The position numbers and the translations under genes were made by a program. This document shows, one piece after another, positions 19,195 to 27,860 of a DNA stretch of 41,757 bases. Position 1 is the first letter of the stretch. Each line of letters opens with the position of its first letter. Under the pieces are notes generated by a model. It worked only from the letters and a program-made list of their open reading frames with translations, had not been told where the DNA came from and did not search any database. The stretch comes from Aulosira sp. ZfuVER01 (GTDB taxonomy: Bacteria > Cyanobacteriota > Cyanobacteriia > Cyanobacteriales > Nostocaceae), in contig JAVRCV020000018.1 in assembly GCA_034530615.2 (NCBI GenBank), positions 1 to 41,757 of the forward strand. The letters are read 5' to 3'.

Positions 19195-20841
19195 CTATGA
19201 ATTTAATGGCTGAAGTTCTTTTGGGGATGAGTCAAAATTACTCGTAGCATCAGCCAAGTGTTTCAGTAGTGTAGACTGTGGTAGAGGCCCTTGCAAGTGA
19301 TTCCAGGGTAATATTTGCTCTGTTAACCAATTAGCATGGACGTAGAAATCTAAGTCAGGAATTTGACCTTTTAGCTGTTTAAAAGCGCGTTTGTAGCTGC
19401 CTAGAGAATCGCCAAAGTCACGGGTAAGTTCTAGCAGGTGAGATAGTCTGCGATCGCCTCTTGATAACAAAGCTTGGATTATAGACCAATTATAGCTTTC
19501 TGGGCGAAACTCTATCCCTTGGGGTTTTAGCTGCTTTTGTAACATCTGCAACCGCTTTTCTGCTTGCTTATTCACGCCAAACCATTGAAATGGTGTATGT
19601 GCTTTGGGTACAAAGGTGCTGCATCCCAGTGTTAACCGCAATCCAGGCGCAGCTTTTTTAACGCTACGCATCATTGCTACAGTTTGCTCTAAATCTTCTG
19701 GTTCTTCGCCGGGAATTCCCACCATTCCGTAGAGTTTCAAGCTGCTTAAGCCACCAGCTTTGGCGTTGACTGCGGCTTGGATAATTTCGTCATTATGCAG
19801 CTTTTTGTTGATGATGCGGCGTAATTTTTCCGAACCAGTTTCTATGGCAATAGTAAGCGATCGCGTGTCTCGTTTCGCTAAAGTTTGGGCTAGCTGCACT
19901 GTAACTGTATTGGTGCGCACTGAAGCAATGCTAAGACGCACATCATCATATTGCGGCTGACTAATATAATCTAGCAACGTCTCAAACTCTGGATGCTGAG
20001 TTACAGAAGCACCTAATAACCCTAATCGCTTTGTAACTTGTAAGCCTCTTTCAATGGCTGGAATTAACGAACTCTCAAGACTCGCGGTTCTAAATGGCAA
20101 TGTGAGATAACTAGCCAGACAGAAGCGACACATCTCAGGACAACTGCGCACCACTTCCACCATGTAAATATTTTCCCATGCTGCCTTTTCTGTAACGACC
20201 GTGGATGCAGAGAGAATATTTCCCCGATAAGTCTGTTTTTGTACTATTGCAGGAATTTCTGAGGAAATTGGTGTAATTGACTTTATAGCACCATCTAACG
20301 CCTCATATTCCACTTCATACAAACTGGGAACGTAAATTCCAGGTACTTGTGCAAGTGCTTTCAGTTGAGTTTGTCGAGAAGCGTTCCTAACTTCTTTGTA
20401 CTTCTCGATGAAATCTCCCAACAGATTTTCCCCATCTCCTAGCAAAATGACATCAAAAAAATCAGCAAAAGGTTCAGGGTTTGCTGTGAGGACTGGGCCA
20501 CCACCAAAAATTATTGGATGATTATCGTTACGGAAAGATGCGCGAATCGGAATTTCTAAAGATTCCAGCAAATTTAAGATATTGACATAATCTAGTTCCC
20601 AAGAAATCGAAAATCCGACAATTTCTGGTTTTCTCGGAAGTTGTTCGTGAATATCAGTAAACAGGCGACTTACCTGCACATCATCGCGCATTGCCAAATT
20701 TGCCCACACCACCTGATATCCTAGGCTAGTGATTCCCACGCTATACTCATTGGGAAAAGCGAAAATCACCGGGATAGCGTCGGTGTTGGGGGTAGCGGGG
20801 GTGAATAGCAGGCGTTCAGCAGAAAATACAGATGATGTCAC
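19195..20841 (-). CDS. B12-binding-domain radical SAM protein
   Basis: FAFPNEY...SLGYQ, GGPVLTANPEP, RSCPEMCRFC, FVPKAHTPFQW; GTG start at 20841 inferred. Confidence 0.88.
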   Translation of the reverse strand: MTSSVFSAERLLFTPATPNTDAIPVIFAFPNEYSVGITSLGYQVVWANLAMRDDVQVSRLFTDIHEQLPRKPEIVGFSISWELDYVNILNLLESLEIPIRASFRNDNHPIIFGGGPVLTANPEPFADFFDVILLGDGENLLGDFIEKYKEVRNASRQTQLKALAQVPGIYVPSLYEVEYEALDGAIKSITPISSEIPAIVQKQTYRGNILSASTVVTEKAAWENIYMVEVVRSCPEMCRFCLASYLTLPFRTASLESSLIPAIERGLQVTKRLGLLGASVTQHPEFETLLDYISQPQYDDVRLSIASVRTNTVTVQLAQTLAKRDTRSLTIAIETGSEKLRRIINKKLHNDEIIQAAVNAKAGGLSSLKLYGMVGIPGEEPEDLEQTVAMMRSVKKAAPGLRLTLGCSTFVPKAHTPFQWFGVNKQAEKRLQMLQKQLKPQGIEFRPESYNWSIIQALLSRGDRRLSHLLELTRDFGDSLGSYKRAFKQLKGQIPDLDFYVHANWLTEQILPWNHLQGPLPQSTLLKHLADATSNFDSSPKELQPLNS

Positions 20842-20969
20842 AGGCGATCGCTTGGGGGTGTTTATAATAATTTGCACTGACACAAACAAAACTCAGCGAC
20901 GTAGGTTGCAAGTTCTCCAGTCCGCGCAGGTAGAGTTTGTTTGTGTAGCTTCAGACTTCTAATCTAAGG

Positions 20970-21224
20970 TTATCTATATCTAATTTTAAGCGATAGAATT
21001 ATTAAGTTAAAAAATAATGACACACTGTTAGCAAGAATAATTGGCAAAGCTTGGAGATAAATGCCATAAATTAACCATAAAAATAAACCACTGCTAAATG
21101 TAATCAGCATGACATAAGAAACATCTTTAGCTGACTTTGTTCGCCATGTTTGAAACATTTGTGGCAAGAAGGCAACGGTGGTTAAGGTAGCTGCTACTAG
21201 TCCTAAGATTGTAATAAAATCCAT
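20970..21224 (-). CDS. SemiSWEET / PQ-loop transporter
   Basis: LTTVAFLPQ...TKSAKDVS...LWLIYG...PIILAN. Confidence 0.92.
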   Translation of the reverse strand: MDFITILGLVAATLTTVAFLPQMFQTWRTKSAKDVSYVMLITFSSGLFLWLIYGIYLQALPIILANSVSLFFNLIILSLKIRYR

Positions 21225-21339
21225 TGGATACTTTTCTATAAAAGAAATAGATAAAATTGCACCATAAAATTTTACTGTAACCTTAATGCGTTTATTCTTA
21301 TCTTATTTTTTGCTATTGGACTTAAAATTCACAAATAAA

Positions 21340-21621
21340 TCAGCTCAACAAGCGCTTAAGTTGCTTGTAGACTTCATCATCGTTACGTTTTCCAACTAAA
21401 ATTACCTCAACTAAATCCTCATCAACATTGAAGCGATACACAATACGATATTCGCCGCTGTCTACGCGATAATAACCAGAATATCCAGATAACTCTTGAC
21501 TGTCAGAAGGTAAGGGTTCAATATTCAGAGATAGCACTTTTTTGGCAATCTGAGCAGCTATTTTAGGTTGTAAACCTTTCAGAAAATCCAGAACAGTTTT
21601 CAATCCATCAAGCTTTGCCAT
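21340..21621 (-). CDS. RelE/ParE family type II toxin
   Basis: LSGYSGYYRVDSGEYRIVY...ILVGKRNDDEVY; overlaps the antitoxin stop. Confidence 0.9.
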   Translation of the reverse strand: MAKLDGLKTVLDFLKGLQPKIAAQIAKKVLSLNIEPLPSDSQELSGYSGYYRVDSGEYRIVYRFNVDEDLVEVILVGKRNDDEVYKQLKRLLS

Positions 21622-21901
21622 TTGATTGTTCGTCGGATTCAAAATTGGCTAGATGCTTGAGTTCTGCTGTAAAGGTTTCTGTACCAACCATTTGTGAATT
21701 TAAAAGATCTGCTTCAGCAAGTTTACCAAAAACATAGTCTTCTAATTCAGCCAGCCGTTGCACTAATTGCTGATAGTTGCGAGCTGACATAATTATATAG
21801 CTAGGCTCTGAGTCTTCTGTCAGCAATACAGGCTCAACAGAAGCATTTCCAAATACTTCACTTTGGCGATCGCTGATTTCTTTTAGAGGATAGCTCTGCA
21901 T
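21608..21901 (-). CDS. Phd/YefM-like antitoxin
   Basis: EPVLLT...YIIMSARNY Phd-like N-terminus; acidic; directly upstream of and overlapping the toxin. Confidence 0.82.
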   Translation of the reverse strand: MQSYPLKEISDRQSEVFGNASVEPVLLTEDSEPSYIIMSARNYQQLVQRLAELEDYVFGKLAEADLLNSQMVGTETFTAELKHLANFESDEQSNGKA

Positions 21902-21985
21902 GAAACCCAACTTTTTTGATGGTTTCTCACCATTATAATTGGTACTGAGCCGGAGCTATAAGAAGCTTTACAGCGTCCATATTCA

Positions 21986-23074
21986 TCACAACACTTTACA
22001 CTGCCCATGATTCCGTAATAAATGGTCGCACAAAACTAACGCCACCATCGCCTCAACCATCGGCACAGCACGAGGTAACACACAAGGATCGTGTCTTCCC
22101 TTCGCTGCTAATAGAGTTTCTTCACCTTCACGAGTTACAGTTTTTTGCTCTTTCCTAATCGTCGCTGTTGGCTTAAACGCAACTCGTAAAATTATATTTT
22201 CGCCGTTAGAAATTCCTCCTTGAATCCCACCAGAACGGTTAGTTACAGTGCGAATTTCACCTTGTTCATCAATATAAAATTCGTCGTTATGTTCAATTCC
22301 TGTTAATAGCGTCCCCGCAAAACCTGAACCTATTTCAAAACCTTTGCTAGCAGGAAGGGACATCACGGCTTTAGCAATATCTGCTTCTAATTTATCGAAT
22401 ACTGGTTCGCCTAAACCCTTAGGGACATTCCGCACTACACATTCGACTACACCGCCAATAGAATCACCTTGTCTACCAGTTTGCTCAATTAATTCAATCA
22501 TGCGTTCTGCTGATTCCGTATCGGGACAGCGCACGATGTTGCTTTCAACTTGTTCTAGAGTGACAGTGTTGGGATCGATAACGCCTTCCAAGTCTTTGAT
22601 GCGCTTGACGTAACCGATAATTTCCACATTAGCGACTTGACGGAGAATTTTTTTGGCGATCGCACCTGCTGCTACTCGTCCAATTGTCTCACGCGCCGAT
22701 GACCTACCACCACCTTGCCAATTGCGAATCCCATATTTGGCATCATAAGTTGCGTCAGCGTGAGAAGGGCGATATTTCTGAGCCATTTCGTCGTAATCTT
22801 GGGGACGGGTGTCTTTGTTCCGCACCAAAATTGCGATCGGCGTTCCTAAGGTTTTTCCTTCAAACACTCCAGATAATATCTCGCAGGTATCAGCTTCTTT
22901 GCGAGGCGTAGTAATTTTACTTTGTCCTGGACGCCTTCTATCTAGTTCTACTTGAATTTCCTCAGCAGAAATTTCCAGTCGCGGCGGACAACCATCAATC
23001 ACAACTCCCACGCCACCGCCGTGAGATTCACCAAAAGTAGTAATGCGAAATAGATGACCAAAAGTGTTGCCCAT
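21986..23074 (-). CDS. aroC: Chorismate synthase
   Basis: [53 protein letters not shown]. Confidence 0.98.
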   Translation of the reverse strand: MGNTFGHLFRITTFGESHGGGVGVVIDGCPPRLEISAEEIQVELDRRRPGQSKITTPRKEADTCEILSGVFEGKTLGTPIAILVRNKDTRPQDYDEMAQKYRPSHADATYDAKYGIRNWQGGGRSSARETIGRVAAGAIAKKILRQVANVEIIGYVKRIKDLEGVIDPNTVTLEQVESNIVRCPDTESAERMIELIEQTGRQGDSIGGVVECVVRNVPKGLGEPVFDKLEADIAKAVMSLPASKGFEIGSGFAGTLLTGIEHNDEFYIDEQGEIRTVTNRSGGIQGGISNGENIILRVAFKPTATIRKEQKTVTREGEETLLAAKGRHDPCVLPRAVPMVEAMVALVLCDHLLRNHGQCKVL

Positions 23075-23222
23075 GATATTGAGGAAATAGACCAGGCTTA
23101 TGTATTTTACCTGGCTGGGTGACAAAATGCCGAACCAACCGCTGTAAATCTAGAATGTTGTGGGCGAATTGATAGGGGGTTTAACCCATCAGCCCCAATC
23201 CATTGGAAATTTCTTTAATTTC

Positions 23223-23271
23223 AGTGCGTTTTAACGCACTTGAGCTATTAGCCCGCGATTTATTGCAGGGC
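23223..23271. repeat. Twin-hairpin REP-like or IS200/IS605-end-like element
   Basis: AGTGCGTT-TT-AACGCACT followed by GCCCGCGAT-TT-ATTGCAGGGC. Confidence 0.55.
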
Positions 23272-23641
23272 GGGAAAGCAACGCCAAACTAAGGTTTTTA
23301 CAGTCGTAAGGGACTAAGCTAACTAGTCAATGTATTTCATTAAAAGTCATGATTTTGTATACAAAGTTAACAATGTTTAATCAAATTAATTAATATGTTA
23401 TTGAATTGAAAAATCTGTTCAATCATCTGCTAATTGACCCTGGATCTTGCTTGGCGAACAATAAACCTCTTCCCAGAAAAAGCTAAAATTTTAATTTTTA
23501 TTTTGGGATTAACTGAAAGCCTGAAATGGTATTCTGATTGATGAGAATCAAAGCCTTAAGCCCAGCGTAATTTTCTAGTAGAAGTCTGATACATTACTAT
23601 AGTAAAGCCTAAAGTATTTACCCAGTTGTCATTTTAGACCT

Positions 23642-24181
23642 GTGCAAATTCATTCCTACTCAGAATATGACCCCAGTCGTAAAAGAAATTATGAGCAGGG
23701 GTTACGAAGGGTGCTTGACCGTCTGCTCATCACCATGCAGCGGGATGCATTAGTCCGACAAACGATCGACGAACTTAGAGAGTCACTTCAGGTTGAGCGC
23801 GTAGTTTTATATTATTTTTACGGATGTTGGCAGGGACAAGTAACTTTTGAATCTGTAATTTCTAGTGAATATTCAATCTTCGGTTCTACAGGGCCTGATA
23901 ATTGTTTTAACGAAGAGTATGCCAGTTTGTATTTAGCAGGAAGAGTCAGAGCGATCGCGGATATCGAATCAGAACCAATACATGATTGTCATCGAGATTT
24001 TCTTAGGAGTTTAAAGGTTCGGGCTAACCTAGTAGTACCCGTTTTGATCCCCAGAGGATTATGGGGCTTGTTAGTAGCTCATAACTGTCAATCACCTCGC
24101 TTTTGGTCGCCATCAGATATTGAACAGATGCAAACAGGGGCAAAAACTATGGCAACAGCCCCTTGTATTCTAGAGAGTTAA
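23642..24181 (+). CDS. Stand-alone GAF protein, DXCF cyanobacteriochrome-like
   Basis: ERVVLYYF, GPDNCF (DXCF), IHDCHRDFL (CH), VRANLVVPV, LWGLLVAH. Confidence 0.85.
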   Translation: MQIHSYSEYDPSRKRNYEQGLRRVLDRLLITMQRDALVRQTIDELRESLQVERVVLYYFYGCWQGQVTFESVISSEYSIFGSTGPDNCFNEEYASLYLAGRVRAIADIESEPIHDCHRDFLRSLKVRANLVVPVLIPRGLWGLLVAHNCQSPRFWSPSDIEQMQTGAKTMATAPCILES

Positions 24182-24205
24182 CTAAAGTCAAGTTGAGCAA
24201 AAGCT

Positions 24206-24595
24206 ATGAAGTTTGGTTATACAATGATCTGGGTAGACGATGTAGTTAAAACCGTTGAGTTTTACGAAAAAGCGTTTGGCCTTGTTCGTCGTACAATCCG
24301 AGATCAAAATCAATTTGTTTGGGCAGAAATGGAAACTGGAAATACCACCTTGGCTTTCTCCTCCACTAATGAAGCGCAAGCATTATTTCCTGGTGGCTTT
24401 TATCCTAACGATCCCATACAACTACCTTCATTAATTCAAATATCATTTATTACACCTGATGTTGCTACTGCTTATATGAGAGCATTAGGAGCAGGAGCAA
24501 AAACCTTAGATGCACCAAAACGCCAGCCTTGGGGGCAAACAATTGCTCGTGTTCGCGATATCAATGGTGTGCTGGTGTCATTAGTGAGTGAGTAG
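24206..24595 (+). CDS. VOC (glyoxalase/bleomycin resistance) family protein
   Basis: VDDVVKTVEFYEKAFG...QPWGQTIARVRD. Confidence 0.9.
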   Translation: MKFGYTMIWVDDVVKTVEFYEKAFGLVRRTIRDQNQFVWAEMETGNTTLAFSSTNEAQALFPGGFYPNDPIQLPSLIQISFITPDVATAYMRALGAGAKTLDAPKRQPWGQTIARVRDINGVLVSLVSE

Positions 24596-24615
24596 GTTTT
24601 CTTACTAATAAATTA

Positions 24616-25038
24616 CTACTCCCATAAACATAGTAACAAAGCGATTATCGCGAGTAAGATACCAATACCTTGCCGCAAAGTTATCGGCTCTTTGAGAATT
24701 AGAAATGCTAAGAGGATGGTGATAACCGGATACAAAGAAGTGAGAGGTATCACAATTGTTGCAGAAGCTTGACTTATAGCCACGAAAAAACATAGCGTGG
24801 CTAAAGTTCCACTAGTACCAACTAGAACTGCATATAAGATACCGCGAATATCCCCTTGCCATTTAAAGTCATTCCTCCAGATTAAGAGTAGGCTCACTAA
24901 AATAGCACCACCGACTTCGTAAACTAAAGCACGTTTTGGGTCAATATAGTTTGTGGACAGCTTACTGAATAAGCCCCAAAAACCATATAGAAATAATGAA
25001 AATATTGTGTAGAGAAGCCAATGTGTTACTGGAATCAT
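24616..25038 (-). CDS. EamA/DMT family transporter
   Basis: Five hydrophobic helices; PLTSLYPVITILLAFLILKEPI. Confidence 0.85.
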   Translation of the reverse strand: MIPVTHWLLYTIFSLFLYGFWGLFSKLSTNYIDPKRALVYEVGGAILVSLLLIWRNDFKWQGDIRGILYAVLVGTSGTLATLCFFVAISQASATIVIPLTSLYPVITILLAFLILKEPITLRQGIGILLAIIALLLCLWE

Positions 25039-25277
25039 GTTGAGTTTTGAATTGTTGATTAAGGATATAGTTTGCAACCCATCAAAACTTTTTCAAAGGT
25101 AAATTTTAGCTTTTAGATTAAGAATTCAAAATTTGTAATTAATTTATACAAGGGTAATTAGATTCCCTCTGAAAATTGGCAGACTAACTCTTTTTTGTAC
25201 TCTAACCCAGTTTTTAATTACGAATGATGAATTAGTAATTAGGTTGATAATTAGAGTCTTACTTCCTACTAAATTTT

Positions 25278-26486
25278 ATGGATTCCAATCTAGCGCTGTG
25301 TAAATTCATCGCTCATCGTATTGCTACAAGTCCCCAACAGCGAATTACTTTTGCTGAATATATGGACATGGTGTTATATCACCCTGAACATGGTTACTAT
25401 TCCAGCAATGCAGTCAAACTTGGGTTTGAAGGTGGTGATTTTTTCACTTCTGTCCATCTTGGGTATGACTTTGGTGAATTACTAGCGGAACAATTTCTTC
25501 AGATGTGGGAAATTTTAGGGCAACCTGTGACCTTTTCTCTGGTAGAAATGGGAGCAGGTCAAGGATTGCTAGCATCATATATCCTCAAGTACTATCAGCA
25601 GCACTACCCAGATTTTCTGAGCGTTTTAGAATATCTCATTGTTGAAAAGTCCCCATCTCTGAGGCAAGAACAGCAGCAACGCTTACAAGATTTTCCCGTG
25701 CGTTGGTGCAATTTAGAGGAGTTACCACCCAATTCCATTACAGGTTGCTTTTTTTCTAATGAATTGGTGGATGCTTTGCCAGTACATCAGTTTATTTTAG
25801 AGGCAGGGGAACTGCGAGAAATTTATGTGACAACGGGAGATGTGGGGGACAAGGAGGATATTGCTTTTTTATCTATCCCCAAATCTGTACCATCATTTGT
25901 CGAAGTCACAGGGGAACTTTCTACCCCTAGGTTGACGGAATATTTCAATTTAGTAGAAATTAATTTTGCCCAAAATGGTTATACAGATGGCTACCGTAGT
26001 GAAATTAATTTAGCTGCTCTAGACTGGTTGAGTATAGTGTCAGAGCGCTTGCAGCGTGGGTATGTGTTAACAATTGATTATGGCTACCCTGCCAGTCGTT
26101 ACTATAACCCCAGGCGATCGCAAGGAACCTTAAAGTGCTATTATCACCATCGCCACCATGACAACCCTTATGTCAACATCGGACAGCAAGATATTACAGC
26201 CCATGTTGATTTTACTGCTTTGGAACGATGGGGCGATCGCTGCGGTTTAGATAAAGTGGGTTTTACCCAGCAGGGATTATTTTTGATGGCGTTAGGGTTG
26301 GGAAGTCGCATTGCTGCCCTTTCTTACCAAGAACAATCCATTTCACAACTATTGCAGCGGCGAGAGTCACTACACGAACTTATCAACCCTTTAGGGCTAG
26401 GCGGCTTTGGCGTTTTAGTTCAAAGCAAAGGCTTAAAGGAAAAACAACTGTCTCAACCGCTAAAAGGCTTAATTGTGCCAGAGTAA
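25278..26486 (+). CDS. SAM-dependent methyltransferase, MidA/NDUFAF7 family
   Basis: FAEYMDMVLYHPEHGYY, GDFFTS, EMGAGQG, SNELVDALP, IDYG, QDITAHVDF. Confidence 0.93.
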   Translation: MDSNLALCKFIAHRIATSPQQRITFAEYMDMVLYHPEHGYYSSNAVKLGFEGGDFFTSVHLGYDFGELLAEQFLQMWEILGQPVTFSLVEMGAGQGLLASYILKYYQQHYPDFLSVLEYLIVEKSPSLRQEQQQRLQDFPVRWCNLEELPPNSITGCFFSNELVDALPVHQFILEAGELREIYVTTGDVGDKEDIAFLSIPKSVPSFVEVTGELSTPRLTEYFNLVEINFAQNGYTDGYRSEINLAALDWLSIVSERLQRGYVLTIDYGYPASRYYNPRRSQGTLKCYYHHRHHDNPYVNIGQQDITAHVDFTALERWGDRCGLDKVGFTQQGLFLMALGLGSRIAALSYQEQSISQLLQRRESLHELINPLGLGGFGVLVQSKGLKEKQLSQPLKGLIVPE

Positions 26487-26587
26487 AAGCAGGTGAAAAG
26501 TTAAAACTCTATTAATGCTGTATTAGTCTCAGTTGACTAGAGTAACACTGTTACAGTGACAACTAAAACATAAGGCAATCAAGAATT

Positions 26588-26683
26588 ATGAGTACCCATG
26601 ACCTATTAGTGCTAGTTACACTACTTACTCCCGGTATCTTACTGTCAGTTGTAATTCTGGTGACTTTTGCCGCAGGTGGCTAA
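26588..26683 (+). CDS. Putative 31-aa single-pass membrane microprotein (not in the ORF track)
   Basis: Manual translation MSTHDLLVLVTLLTPGILLSVVILVTFAAGG*; TAAGG upstream; co-oriented with neighbours. Confidence 0.65.
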   Translation: MSTHDLLVLVTLLTPGILLSVVILVTFAAGG

Positions 26684-26829
26684 TTACCAGATTCAAAAGT
26701 CAGCATTCAGTTACCAGTTATCAGTTATGACTGTTAACAGGTAACTGTTAACTGTTAGTTATTCACTGATAATGGAAAGGCGATGTCTAGAATAGGCTTC
26801 GCCTAAGCTGTACCAAAGGAACATAAACA

Positions 26830-27708
26830 ATGAAGGTGGCATTTCTGGGAACTGGACTGATGGGACTACCAATGGCTCAAAGGCTATTAGCAGCAAATAT
26901 AGAGTTAGTTGCCTACAACCGCACCCCAGAAAAATTAGCACCACTACAAGCAGCTGGTGCAGAAATCGCGACACATCCCCGCTATGCAATTCGCGCAGCT
27001 GATTGCATAATCCTCATGCTCACAAATGCTGCGGCTATTTATAGTGTGTTGCTTTCAGATACCTCTTGGCGAACTCTCTCAGGACGCACCGTTATCCAAA
27101 TGGGGACAATTACCGCCACGGAAAGCCAAGAAATTCGAGACGCAGTAGCAGCCGCTGGTGGTGAGTATCTAGAAGCACCAGTTTTAGGGAGTATCCCAGA
27201 AGCACAAACTGGCAACCTAATTGTCATGGTAGGCGCTCGTGAAGATCAATTTCAGCGCTACTTCAATTTACTCCAAAATTTTGGACCAGAACCTCGATTA
27301 GTCGGGCCTGTAGGTGCTGCGGCTTCTATGAAGCTAGCACTTAATCAACTAATTGCTTCTCTAACAACTAGCTTTGCTCTGAGTCTAGCTTTTGTCCAAC
27401 GTCAGAACATCAATGCGGAAGCATTTATGCAAATTCTGCGTGAAAGTGTGCTTTACGCCCCTACCTTTGACAAAAAGCTGTCACGAATGCTGGATGGCAA
27501 TTTTGCAAATCCGAATTTTCCTACCAAACATTTGTTGAAAGATACAGACTTATTTATCAATGAAGCTAAAGCAGTTGATTTAGATGTCAGCAGTATTAAA
27601 GGTGTCAGGCAAATCTTGCAAGCAGCGATGAAGATGTCCTTCGCTAATGATGATTACTCATCGGTATTTTATGCTATTAAAGCGTGGGAAGAAGGGCGAT
27701 GGGAATAG
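26830..27708 (+). CDS. NAD(P)-dependent oxidoreductase, 3-hydroxyisobutyrate dehydrogenase family
   Basis: FLGTGLMGLPMA, YNRT, EAPVLGS, KLALN, KHLLKD; AAGGA RBS. Confidence 0.93.
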   Translation: MKVAFLGTGLMGLPMAQRLLAANIELVAYNRTPEKLAPLQAAGAEIATHPRYAIRAADCIILMLTNAAAIYSVLLSDTSWRTLSGRTVIQMGTITATESQEIRDAVAAAGGEYLEAPVLGSIPEAQTGNLIVMVGAREDQFQRYFNLLQNFGPEPRLVGPVGAAASMKLALNQLIASLTTSFALSLAFVQRQNINAEAFMQILRESVLYAPTFDKKLSRMLDGNFANPNFPTKHLLKDTDLFINEAKAVDLDVSSIKGVRQILQAAMKMSFANDDYSSVFYAIKAWEEGRWE

Positions 27709-27860
27709 AAAGTTAGGCAAAATTGTAACCGACTGCACCCAATTTTAGAGAATTGGTATGAAGTCTTGACTACGAAAGTTTTATGTCATTTTGCGGAATC
27801 TCAAGTGACTGAGGAGTATAAACAAAAGCAAGTAGTTAAATATACACTTGCTGGAGTACC

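Noticed and set aside
26542..26554. NtcA box
   Set aside because: Spacing is GTA-N7-TAC, not GTA-N8-TAC
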